A stretch of 64,000 nt of DNA from Eledone cirrhosa (lineage: Eukaryota), in assembly GCA_964016885.1 (NCBI GenBank), contig OZ024757.1, positions 7,502,001 through 7,566,000 on the forward strand, in the 5' to 3' direction. The position numbers and the translations under genes were made by a program. Positions 25,961-38,134 of this stretch are shown in pieces (within the stretch, counting starts at the first letter, position 1; the number at the start of each line of letters is the position of its first letter). The notes beneath the pieces were generated by a model, which was given only the letters and a program-made list of their open reading frames with translations, ran no database searches and was not told where the DNA came from.

Positions 25961-27729
25961 CACTATAAATAAATAACTCATAAACCAAAATATAACAAAA
26001 TACGAGAGTTATCTGTTCTTTAGTATGTGTGTGTGTAAAATACTGAATAAAAATAGACACTTTTTCTACCGCCTGCTATCTGGAAAACAATGAGAGTATA
26101 GTTACAATTTACTCTATTAGAACCCACCATCTATGATAAAAATATAAAAACTATGTAAATGTATGTTTACAAGCAGAGAGGGGGAGGGGTAAACAAAATA
26201 AAAATAAATATCAGGGAGAAATAGAGAGGGGGACCCTACACATTTGGCTGGACCTCGCACTTATGCCTGCGGACAGATTAGTGAAAGCATTGTCTGGAAG
26301 AATAGCTAGTGATACCTGCTACAGCAGCCATTCCACCTAATGGGGATCTTTCCTCAAACGAAATGTGGAAAATTTGAATACATTTTGTCGCGGTAACAAA
26401 GGGGAGTCTAATATTTCGAATAGAACCCTTCGTTAGAGAGTAATGGAAGGTTTTTCGAGACAAGGCAGACTTCTCTTTCTCTTTCTTACAGTAAAATAAT
26501 CTATTGTCATTTGGCGGATGTTTGAATTTCCTATTTGTTGATAGAGACTAGCTTAATGTTTGTCAGTTTCTACCGTTTAACTATACGAGTAGTCTCCCCT
26601 GTTATGCTGAATAGCTGCATTAAATATTCCAATAACATAAATAGAAATAATTATCAATTCATAATTCATTTCAAATGAAAGCCATATTTAATTTTTAAAT
26701 CTTATATAGAAGGAGTTTCATTATTTTCCATCATGTTAAATGTGATTGATTAAACTTGATGGAAATATTTTATAGAAGGAAATAATTTAATGCATTTGTT
26801 TCGTTTATAATCTTGTTTGTAAAGCAAGGGAGATAACTTCGATTAATTTAATGGGACGAGGTGTTGAGGAGGGGGGGGGGTTACTTTCTTTTGTGATCAG
26901 GTGAAAAAGAAAAAGAAGAGAAATAAGTAAAGGATATGAACGGAGAGAAAAGAGAGAAGAGAAGATGATGTTAACAAAAATAAAGGAGAGAAATAGAACG
27001 TTCAATTCTAAAAAACAGTGTAAATAAATTCACCAACTATTAACGAAGAATAGACACGGTCATTCGACCAGCTAGAAATAGCAGCCAGATTTCTTCAGCT
27101 GACTCCTACCGCCTGAAGAAAAGAAGGTGGTTATGGAAGGAAACTATGAAGGTATGCAATGACCCTTAATTCCCGGTAGTGTTGTAGGAGCACTGTAGTG
27201 ACATACGGCGTTTCGTAGCCCATCACTTCTCAAGGTCTGAACACAGCCGATTTTTTTTAAGGGAAAGAGATATAGAGGAAGAATCGAAACTAATACTTGA
27301 CTTTTCCTTTTTTTATCGACCTCGAAAGGATGAAAGGCAAAGTTGACTTTGGTAGGATTTGAACTCAGAGCAAATATCATAAAGCACCATTCAAGGCTGG
27401 AATACCTTATATGATAGATCTTCTAAACAACAACAATAATAAAAACAGTGTCAATGAAGAAGCCCCTTAAATAGTTTGAAGTAGTTGCACAATTTCCTTC
27501 AAATCACAGCTTTCTATCTACCCTAACTGGTTCCTTTTTGGAGACAGTTACTCAAAAGAGAACCTAGGACTCCTCCCATTAGCATTAAACCCTATCCACC
27601 ATTTACCTATATAAGAAATGCATTGGCACCAACCATGATTAATCGTCTTTCTGATAATTTCGTCATTGAATGAAACATGAAAATGTAACCCGACAAGTAA
27701 ATAAAGTAAATAACTCATCTATCCGACAA

Positions 27730-27868
27730 CATATCAGACCTCAGATGGCTGAAACTCACCGAGGAGATGACGAAGGATCGTGACAAGTGGAGAGATGCTG
27801 TGCTGAATAGGACCCGTCCAACCCTTGCAAGCAGGGAAAAGCGAACGTATGATGATGATGATGATGAC
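27730..27868 (+). mobile_element. RTE LINE 3' tail
   Basis: GACCTCAGAT...ACCCTTGCAAGCAGGGAAAAGCGAACGTA(TGA)n. Confidence 0.85.
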
Positions 27869-28577
27869 ATGGAAAAGGCAAACAGAAATAACAAAGTAAA
27901 TGACACAATACAATGAAGAAATATATTAGTAGTTTTATGCTTGATATAACAAGAAGAGAGTCTTAGCGTTTTGGACGCTCGTCCGTCATCGTATAAAAAA
28001 ATTTGAAATTAAAGAAGAAATAGAAATATAGAGGAAACTGGGCAATGGCAGAAAAAAACAGGTTTATTCACATTGCCATCTCTTGTAATATATATATATG
28101 AATACCTCTATGATAGAAGGATTTCGGAAAATATTCATTCACTCTCTGATGCGAGCCTATCAGAGGAGCTTCCAAATCCAGAGTCAGGTTCAATTATTAG
28201 TAGATAGCACCTTGAGCTGATTGACAGTGAAACATATGTAATATGTAATAAATATGTATATGATGTAACACTGATTCTTTGTTCCTTTATATTAATACTA
28301 TATACATATATATATTCACTCACACACACATATATATCTACACACCTACACACACACACACACACATGTATTCTAGGGTTTTAGAAAGCTATACATTTAT
28401 ATTCTTACTTTTGAAATAAACTATAAATTAAATGTAATATTTCTTTCTCTCAACTTTGTATCGTTGTTATGTTTACATTCATTATACTCTATGAAGTTAA
28501 TTTTTATTACTGTCTCTTCCATAGAACAATTGATTTATTTGATATAAACTATATTAACACATTTAGTACAGATTATG

Positions 28578-29050
28578 AAGATGCGTGGCTTAGTTGTTAA
28601 GGTGTAATGCTCATATTTAATTTCCAGACAGGGTTCTGTGTTGTGTCCTTTGGCAAAACACTTTATTTCATGTTGTTTCAGTCCATTCAGTTTGATAAAA
28701 TGAGTTGTGACAATGTTGGTACCAAGTTGTATCAGCCTGTACCTTTTCCATTGAAAACATCAATGGCAACCCCACTACTTCTCCAAATTGAGATACTACA
28801 GGCATGTGGTTAGAATGTCTTAGGAAAGAATCACTGGACAGATTTTACTGGTCAAACCAACCCGAAGGAGACCCAGAGGTAGACCCCGAGCAAGATGGTT
28901 AGATAACATCCATGAGCTCGACTGATCATGCTTGGGGATCCAACCGGATCAATTGGAGACAATTGCTACTGACAGTACCTGCTGGAAGGTGTATTTGAGG
29001 ATTCTGCCCCAACAACTCTCCCAGAAATATGTGGACAAAGAAAAAGAAGA
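28578..29050 (+). mobile_element. SINE family 2 remnant followed by an Expander/Rex3-like LINE 3' end
   Basis: GCGTGGCTTAGTTGTTAAG head; 28800-29050 homologous to ~12225-12465. Confidence 0.7.
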
Positions 29051-29465
29051 GACAAACCAATAAAGGAGCTCCTATGTGGTTACACGATTTGCTAAAAATA
29101 GCAGCCAATCACTACTAACTAATAAAGAAAGGATGAGCCATTAAATGAGCCTTTATGTAGTCATTAAAACTGCTAGAAATAGCAACTATATCTTACTCAA
29201 ACCATACCATGCTCTCATAAAATTGGGTATTATATACAACTCAAGGTCTTGTCCCTAATTGATATGAGTTAATCTATGAAAGCATAGCAACAGTTTGGTT
29301 ACATACCAAGACCTTTTAGAAATAACATGTATCCTTGACATTAACAAAGTATTTAACTATTTCCGGCATGAGAATCTCCTTGCTAAATTTGCCCACGTAT
29401 AGTCTATACACCCACTTCTAATCCATTGGATTAGAAGTTTCCTGGCACATCACACCATAACAGCA

Positions 29466-29510
<45 letters not shown>

Positions 29511-29639
29511 GTGAGGTTTTTTTTACAAAATGAAAAATAACCGGTGTCCTACACGAGTGAAAGTATAAAGAAAAAGAGATGAAATCGAAAATGCAACTGA
29601 AGTCTTATTTTTTTTTAAAATATATATATTTATTTGGTT

Positions 29640-29677
29640 CCTTTACCGGTTTCGCAGTTCTTCTGCTTTTCAAAAGG
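29640..29677 (-). ncRNA. Mirror copy of the U3-A8 hammerhead
   Basis: Exact reverse complement of 29741-29778. Confidence 0.75.
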
Positions 29678-29740
29678 TGAGTTGAGATGGAGGGTCTGTG
29701 GTTTTTCTCAGAAAAACCACAGACCCTCCATCTCAACTCA

Positions 29741-29778
29741 CCTTTTGAAAAGCAGAAGAACTGCGAAACCGGTAAAGG
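29741..29778 (+). ncRNA. Minimal type-I hammerhead, U3-A8 core variant
   Basis: CCTT-TTGAAAA-GCAG[AAGAA]CTGC-GAAA-CCGG-TA-AAGG; AATAAA at 29784. Confidence 0.75.
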
Positions 29779-29842
29779 AACCAAATAAATATATATATTT
29801 AAAAAAAAAATAAGACTTCAGTTGCATTTTCGATTTCATCTC

Positions 29843-29887
<45 letters not shown>

Positions 29888-30238
29888 TCCTGCATGTATG
29901 TATGTATGCATGCATGCATGTATGTATGTATGGGCTGTATTTGGTGTGTCTTAAAGTTCAGTTATATCTCCCCCACTTTTCATTGTGTACATTAATTATC
30001 TTCTTACTGTCACATTCCTGTGTAGATGATACTGTCCATTACTCTGTCTTAAATTTCTATACTCAGACATCATTTATATGCAGCTTAAATACCTTGTGAG
30101 TCTATGTAGGACATAAACAAATGTCAATGTTTGCTTTAAACAGTATCAATAGGAAGACACAAGTGGAAACTGCCACACAGAAATACACACACACATACGT
30201 ATATATATATACACATAAATACATACATACCTTGCCCC

Positions 30239-30269
<31 letters not shown>

Positions 30270-30868
30270 CACATATACATATATACATATACAGTCACAC
30301 ATATGTACATAAATATATATATATCAGATAGGGTGTAGTAAAAACCAGCTAGACCATAACCCAGCAGAGTACTCAATACTTGGGGTAGTAGAGTGGGTAA
30401 TATGAAAAGATTCAGGACCCCGATGGCTGAGCTCCAGCCGTTTCCACAGCTAGATCTGAACTAAAATGCCAGTATTTGAGCGGCGGGAAACTAACTGAAC
30501 TCCTCAAGGGGTATAATCCATACATGGGCAGACAGTCTAAACACAAAATATCTTAACAGTTCTCTTGTTTTTTCGTTCTTTTTATTTTTATGGGCTGTCC
30601 CTTTGTGAGGGGACCATGAATTTACTCACACAGAAAGTGATTTGGGCTTGGTTTCTACGACTAGATGCCCATCCTGATGCCAACCACATTTTCAGTGTGT
30701 GGTGGGTGCTTTTTGCCGTGTGTGTGTGTGTATATATATATACATATATATATACGTGTGTATATATGTATAAATGTATATATATATATGCAAATTAGGC
30801 TGCTCAGCCGTTAATTTTCATAAGGAAAGTATATACTTTCGAACGTTCAACTATCTGGCAGATGGGTA

Positions 30869-30913
30869 AACGGTGCTGATGATAGCTAACAAGCTTGAAA
30901 CTAGTACATCGTT
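30869..30913 (+). ncRNA. Minimal type-I hammerhead, copy 1
   Basis: AACGGTG-CTGATGA-tAGCT[AACA]AGCTt-GAAA-CTAG-TA-CATCGTT. Confidence 0.82.
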
Positions 30914-31336
30914 CCTGTGTCAGTGTTGAACAAAAAGGTGACGTGGTTGCCTTAACACCGTATGGCATAAATTCAGGCTGTTCAGTTTGTTTACAAACGA
31001 ACAAAGCGACGTTAGCGCCGCTAAACTGATACGTGCATATATGTATGTGTACCTGTATGCATATGTATGTATATATGTGTATATATATATATATATGTGC
31101 ATGCTACTGTACGTCTGTATACATATATGTATGTACGTATACATGCATACTTACATTTAAGTAAGTGCCATACTAAGAGTGAGAAATGAAATTTCGTTTT
31201 CATTTTGTTTTAATTTATCGTTTTCGGTATGCCTGACCGATTTAACTCACTCAATATGCAAATTAGGCTGCTCAGCCGTTAATTTTCATAAGGAAAGTAT
31301 ATACTTTCGAACGTTCAACTATCTGGCAGATGGGTA

Positions 31337-31381
31337 AACGGTGCTGATGATAGCTAACAAGCTTGAAACTAGTACATCGTT
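31337..31381 (+). ncRNA. Minimal type-I hammerhead, copy 2
   Basis: Identical to 30869-30913. Confidence 0.82.
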
Positions 31382-31685
31382 CCTGTGTCAGTGTTGAACA
31401 AAAAGGTGACGTGGTTGCCTTAACACCGTATGGCATAAATTCAGGCTGTTCAGTTTGTTTACAAACGAACAAAGCGACGTTAGCGCCGCTAAACTGATAC
31501 GTGCATATATGTATGTGTACCTGTATGCATATGTATGTATATATGTGTATATATATATATATATGTGCATGCTACTGTACGTCTGTATACATATATGTAT
31601 GTACGTATACATGCATACTTACATTTAAGTAAGTGCCATACTAAGAGTGAGAAATGAAATTTCGTTTTCATTTTGTTTTAATTTA

Positions 31686-31771
31686 TATATATATATGTAT
31701 ATGTATATATATATGTATGTGTGTGTATATATATATATACATATATATACGTGTGTATATATGTATAAATG

Positions 31772-31806
<35 letters not shown>

Positions 31807-31953
31807 GTATGTGTGTGTGTATATATATATATACATATATATATGTGTGTATATATGTATAAATGTATATATATATATGTATATGTATATATATATGTAT
31901 GTGTGTGTACATATATATATACATATATATACGTGTGTATATATGTATAAATG

Positions 31954-31984
<31 letters not shown>

Positions 31985-32127
31985 GTATGTGTGTGTGTAT
32001 ATATATATACATATATATATGTGTGTATATATGTATAAATGTATATATATATATGTATATGTATATATATATGTATGTGTGTGTATATATATATACATAT
32101 ATATACGTGTGTATATATGTATAAATG

Positions 32128-32158
<31 letters not shown>

Positions 32159-32188
32159 GTATGTGTGTGTATATATATATATATATAT
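31686..32188. repeat. TA-rich higher-order satellite (~90-bp period)
   Basis: GTGTGTATATATGTATAAATG recurs about every 90 bp; also present at ~30755. Confidence 0.9.
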
Positions 32189-32259
32189 AACCCATGCTAG
32201 CATAGAAGATAGACGTTAAACAATGATGATGATGATGATATATGTGTGTGTGCATGTAT

Positions 32260-33135
32260 GTAGCTAAGACTAAAGTGTTGATAAGTAGAAAAGAGGACAA
32301 AACTCTGATTCCATCAGGGAAATGGCCGTGTTCAATATAAATTCTATAAAATGTACACAATGCAGATGTTGGGTACACAAGAGATGTAGTGGGATAGCAG
32401 GCAAACTAACAGGTAGGGATAACTATGTATGCAGTAGATGTACAGGGAATGTTGGCAGTAGTAATCACAATGATAAACACACTTTTCAAATACAGGTGGG
32501 TTCTATAGAAGTGGTTGATAGCTTCCAGTACCTAGGTGATCGGATTAGCATGGGAGAGGGGGTGTTCCGAGGCCATAGTATCTAGAATAACGACAGGTTG
32601 GAAGAAGTTTAGGGAGCTGCCTCCTCTGTTGACAAAGAAGGGTTTCTCCTTGCGTACAAAAGGCCGGTTATATGATGCCTGTCTGAGGTGCGCGATGCTG
32701 CATGGTAGTGAAATATGGGCAGTAACTACAGGTGATATGTGATGGCTGGAGAGAAATGAAGCAAGCATTCTCCGTTGTATGTGCAATATCAATGTGTGTG
32801 AATGACCAAGCATAGATGAGTTGAGAGAGAAACTGGGTATAAGAGGGATAAGTTGTGGTGTGCGGGAGAGAAGGCTGAGATGGTATGGACATGTGATGCG
32901 CATGAAGGATGACCGCTGGGTAAAGAAGTGTCAACAAATGCCAGTAGAAGAAAGACACAGTAGAGGAAGAACATGAAAAACATGAGCGGAGGTGGTGAGA
33001 GCAGACCTCAGATCGCTGAAGCTCACGGAGGAGATGACGAAGGACCATGACAAGTGGAGAGATGCTGTGCTGAATAGGACCTGTCCTACCCTTGCAAGCA
33101 GAGAAAAGTGAACGTAAGATGATGATGATGATGAT
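32260..33135 (+). mobile_element. RTE LINE 3' fragment
   Basis: [28 protein letters not shown], (GAT)n tail. Confidence 0.92.
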
Positions 33136-34391
33136 ATATATATATACACGTGTGTATGTATGTATATGTATATATACGTGTGTATGTATGTATATATATA
33201 TGATGAACTTCCCCAAATTCACAACACATCGGTTGACCTGAAGGTACAGTAGAAAACTGTATTTATTTGCCCAAAGTGCCACACAATGGATTGGAACCTG
33301 AAACCATGTGGTTGCAAATTGAACTTCTTAACCACACACCCATTTCTTTATATTTATCAATCAATTTATTTATTTATGTCCAAAATATTTCAACATTTGT
33401 TCAATGGGGTGGGGTGGGGTGGAAGGTAGTAGAGTGGAGGAGTAAGCTCTGCTATAATGTTCTAGCCAAGATATGCCTAAGGGCTGAATCCAGTAAAGTA
33501 CATTCTGGAAACAAACAAATCAATAAAACAGGAAGTTAATCACGGTTCGTGCATGTTACGTAAATTCTAATCTAGGATTACAATATGATTGAACCAGACA
33601 TGTAGAAAGAGAACACCAGCATCCATTCTCCCCCACCAGCTTTATGTTTCCATCTAGATTGTCTTCTCGTCTTTCTTTCTTTCTTTTTGCTTCTTGAAGA
33701 TAAAAAAAATTTTTTTTTTCGTTTTCTGTCCACCCCTTCTCTTCATATCTTTTCTTTGTCTCTCCTCTTTCCCACCCTATCGACTTATTACTTTACTCAT
33801 CTTTTTCTTTATTACCTCCCTTTTTGTCTCTTTTCTTTCTTTTTTTTTGAAGTCATTCTCTTCTGTCTACATCTTTTTTCTTTCTTATCTAACCCCTGTT
33901 TATTTTATCCTATCTCTCTCTTAAACACATACCCCACTCTCTCTCTCTCTCTCTCTCTCCTTCTTCCAATGCCATAAAGATTAACCCCTCCTTCTTATAG
34001 CCCCCCCCCCCCCTGTTATTCATATTCTAGATAGGTTTATTTTTTCTGGTTTCTAAATTTTTTTTGGTGTGTGTGGGGGGAGGGGGGGAGGGGGTTCTTC
34101 CTGCCATATCTCTCTTCTCTCATTGACTTGTTTTTGCCTCACATGTCTTTACCTTTGTTTGATCTGACACAGATAACAGTCCATTTGCTTTTAGTTTTAA
34201 GACTACTGAAGCAAAAACAACAGAACTCTTCTGCCAACCATTCTGCTTCGCTCCAATGCCAAGTAGAATTCAATTGAGTTGTTTTCAACATTGCTGTTTC
34301 TAAGTTTCAAGGCTTCTAACCTTGACAACAACAATTCACTTGGCTGTCTTTGCTTGTCAAAAGCAGAAAGGCTGCTAAAACTCTAAGCTTC

Positions 34392-34447
<56 letters not shown>

Positions 34448-34699
34448 CGTGTATGTTTGTGCATGAATGCTCTTGTGCACATACAAACTTGCAAGTATTT
34501 ACACATGTATATGTCTTGACACGTATGAATATTTACATATGTATACATGAATATATATATATCCACATCTGTGTATATAGACGTCATCATCATCATCATC
34601 AACCTCATCATATTACATCAATTTTTCCATGCCAGCATGGGTTGGACTGGTCATTGCAAACTTAAACAGTACTTAATCAGAGCTACAGTCCTATATGGA

Positions 34700-35420
34700 C
34701 ACATCATAGCTGAATGATTAAAAAGTTTACTTCCCAATCATATGATTCTAGGTTTGGTCCCACTACATAGCATCTTCAGTGTCTTACTATAACCTCAATT
34801 TAACCCATTATTCTCTCACCTCTTTTTGTTCAAACCAGCTGTAACCAGCCACTCATACTGATGTTAAGGTATTGTTCTCAAAATAAATAATTGTTTCTAC
34901 TATTGGCACAAGGCCAGCAATTACACAGTACATTACTGGTACTTTATTTTATCGACCCCGTAAAGATGAAAGGCAAAGTTAACCTCGGTGAGATTTGAAC
35001 ACAGAATGGCAAGGGCCGTAACTCTATGCGTCAAAGCATGGTGTCCGACCCTCTACCGATACTGCCAATCCACCGCCCGTTCTCAAAATAAATAATATCA
35101 AAATCTTATAGATTCAATATTATGTGAGTTAATTATGTGAGGTAAAACCTTTACTGCGAAAATATAATGCTAAATATAGAGTAATGTAAATGCTAAAGGG
35201 TTAACCCAAGCCTTGCGAATGAAATCAGGTTGATGGAAACTGTGTAGAAGACTGCCAGATGGAATGTACCTGTAGTTCAAAGGGTCAGCCTTGTCACACA
35301 TTGTAGCACGCTGAATGTTTGAGAATTACATAAAGGGTATTCCATATGTATCTGTGGAATACTCAGCCACTCATATGCTAATCTAATAAGTAGGCTATTC
35401 TGTTGACCAAACAGCAGAAA
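34700..35420. mobile_element. Three-level nest: old tRNA-SINE > TTAA MITE (34800-35204) > SINE family 1 (34892-35078, minus)
   Basis: SINE TSD GTTCTCAAAATAAATAAT at 34874-34891 and 35079-35096; MITE homologous to 22735-22964. Confidence 0.8.
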
Positions 35421-35704
35421 CGCTTCAGAAAGAGATGAGTTCCACCAGTTTTAAATGCATGAATGCCCAAATGCCCCCTACGACTCTAACAGGAGTTAAG
35501 GGTTGATTAACTTATCAAAAGTGCTAAAGAACACTCCTTGCCATTCCCTTACCATATTGTTGGAATTTGAATGATACTTATATATATTTAGACAGATATC
35601 TAAACTTGTGAGAACTTGAAATTCTTGAAACATCAAACAAAGCTTGAATGGTGAAAGGATAGGAACTTGGGTAATCTATTCAACTAACAGTGTACATATG
35701 AATC

Positions 35705-35870
35705 TGTGAGTGTGCACATGTGTTTAAGTGAATGTGTGTGTATGTGTATGTTTTTAAGTGAATGTGTGTGCATGTGTTTAAGTGAATGAGTGTGCATGTG
35801 TTTAAGTGAATGTGTGTGAATGTTTTTAAGTGAATGAGTGTGCATGTGCTTAAGTGAATGAGTGTGCATG
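35705..35870. repeat. ~24-bp minisatellite (GTGCATGTGTTTAAGTGAATGAGT-like)
   Basis: About 6 tandem units abutting the RTE 5' truncation point. Confidence 0.9.
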
Positions 35871-38134
35871 TTCTACAACGCGAGGAACAAACACGTGAGA
35901 TGTTCAGGATTGCTAGGCAATGTGTCAAGGAAAACCATGATATTGTTGGGGAGAAGTGTGTCCTTAATGATGATGGTGTACTTGCCATCACTGACGCTGA
36001 TAAGAAGGTAGCTTGGAAGTGTCACTACGAAAGGCTACTAAATGAGGAGAGTAAATGGGAGAAAGACAGTCTCCCCCACATCGATCCAATAGAGGAACCA
36101 GCAGTGTTAGTCGAAGGTAGTATAATAAGTAAGGCAATCAAAGATATGAAGACAGGTAAGACGGCCGGGCCTTCGGAAATAGTTGCTGAAATGCTGAAAG
36201 CCTTGGAACGGTGGGACACACCATGGTCACCCGGATAGTAAACCAAGTCATACGGAATGGGGTTGTTCTGAAGGACTGGAGTAGCAGCATCATCATTAAC
36301 TGTTACAAGGGTAAAGGAGATGCCCTAGATAGGACTAACTATAGAAGCATTAAATTAATCGACCAGGTCATGAAGGTCACGGAAAAAGTAATAGCGCAAC
36401 TAATCAGAGAGAGAATTGATCTAGATGAAATCCAGTTCGGGTTTGTGTCAGGCAAAAGTACCACAGACGCTCTTTTCATTGTACGACAACTACAGAAGTA
36501 CCTAGCAAAAAGTAAACCCCTATACTTAGCTTTTGTCAACTTGGAGAAAGCCATCGACAGAGTCCCCCGTTCCATTATCTGGTGGGCTCTTAGAAAACTA
36601 GGTGTTGATGAATGGCTTGTGAGAGCTATACAAGCCATGTATAAAGACACAGTCAGCAAGGTTAGAATTAACAACGAATATAGTGAAGAGTTTAGTGTAA
36701 AAGTTGGTGTTCATCAGGGCTCCGTTCTTAGCCCCCTACTATTTATTATTGCCCTTCAGGCTATAACAGTGGAGTTCAAGACCGGCTTCCCATGGGAACT
36801 ACTATACGCAGATGATCTAACGCTCATAGCTGAATCAATGGCCGAACTACAGAAGAAATTCCAAGCATAGAAGCATGGCCGAGAATCAAAAGGTCTTAAA
36901 ATTAACCTGTCTAAGATTAAAGTTCTAGTTTGTAGGAAGGAAAATAGGGCACCGGTCCCATCCGGGAAATGGCCATGCTCAGTGTGTAGGAAAGGAGTAG
37001 GTAGAAACTCCATTTTATGTTCCAAATGCAAAGTATGGGTGCATAAAAGATGTAGTGGGATCATAGGTAAGCTAACTAAGAACATAGATTTTATATGTGG
37101 CCGGTGCTCTGGTGCAATAAGTAGCAGCAAGTGCCCACAGAATACTAGCTCATTCCATTGCACAGATGGTTCTATAGAACTAGTGGACAGCTTCCGTTAC
37201 CTGGGTGACAAAATCAGCAGTGGGGGAGGGTGCTCTGAAAGTACAGTAACTAGAGTCAGAACTGGATGGAAAAAGTTCAGAGAGCTTATACCACTATTAG
37301 CCGCTAAAGGGTTCTCTCTAAAAATGAAAGGCAGGCTGTATGATGCCTGCATACGAACAGCAATGTTACATGGCAGTGAGATCTGGGCATTGTGTGAAGA
37401 GGATATACGCAGACTGGAGAGGAACGAAGCTTGCATGCTCCGTTGGATGTGTAATGGTATTATACGTGAACGGCAAAGCATAAAAGAACTAAGGGAAAAA
37501 TTAGAAATAAGAGGGATCAGATGTTGTTTAGTCGAGAGAAGACTACATTGGTACGGTCACGTGATGAGCACGAAAGTCGATAGCTGTATAAAAAAGTGCA
37601 GGGCAATAAAAATAGACGGTAGCCACGGAGTTGGCAGACCCAGAAAAACCTGGGACGACTGGATAAATTCCGACCTCACACAGTTACACCTCTCCAAGAC
37701 ATTGTCACTGGACCGAGAGCTTTCGCGCTACACAGTAATAGAGAAGACCCGCCTTACCTAAGTGCAAAGTGAAACCTACTACTGTCAGTAGGCACCTCTA
37801 ACAAAAATACACCACCGTCACACTACCCACACCCCATCCACACCTTTCAATGTAAAGTTATGTTGGTACCACAACATCCAGTCCGAAACAAATGAGGTCG
37901 TGTAGGTGTCACGACAAAAAAACACACAGTCCACGCTGTAATATGGCCGTGTAGGTAACACGGTAAAAACCTCCCAGTCCACACTGTAAATGTGGTTGGT
38001 GTTAGGAAGGGCATCCAGCTGTAGAAAACCCGCCAGACAGTCCTATGCGAGCAAGACTCTTGCCTCAAGTGGGAAAACTCCCATCCAAACTCATGCAAGC
38101 GTGGAAGATGGACGTTAAACGATGATGATGATGA
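35867..38134 (+). mobile_element. RTE LINE, 5'-truncated, RT with few disablements
   Basis: GVHQGSVLSPLLF, LLYADD, FRYLG, WYGHV; 3'UTR and (GAT)n tail; same subfamily as 43068-45595. Confidence 0.95.

Larger units (their letters stand above)
29571..29847. repeat. Near-perfect ~277-bp palindrome (centre 29709), Penelope-like inverted termini, inserted in (TA)n
   Basis: Arms are reverse complements apart from a difference in the T/A run; 1-nt spacer. Confidence 0.95.
30786..31686 (+). mobile_element. Tandem dimer of a 433-bp unit with a 35-bp spacer (period 468), Penelope pLTR/retrozyme-like
   Basis: 30786-31218 appears identical to 31254-31686; flanked by TA-rich satellite. Confidence 0.85.

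Noticed and set aside
28208-28252. Hammerhead-like GCTG[ATTGA]CAGT-GAAA-CATATG-TA followed by AATAAA
   Set aside because: The CUGANGA core and stem I are not recognisable; at best a heavily decayed Penelope end
33687-33977. Hydrophobic Phe/Leu-rich ORF as a membrane protein
   Set aside because: Low-complexity polypyrimidine tract
35858-37761. Intact autonomous RTE
   Set aside because: 5'-truncated (no APE), with a frameshift near 36210 and a stop at 36868-36870
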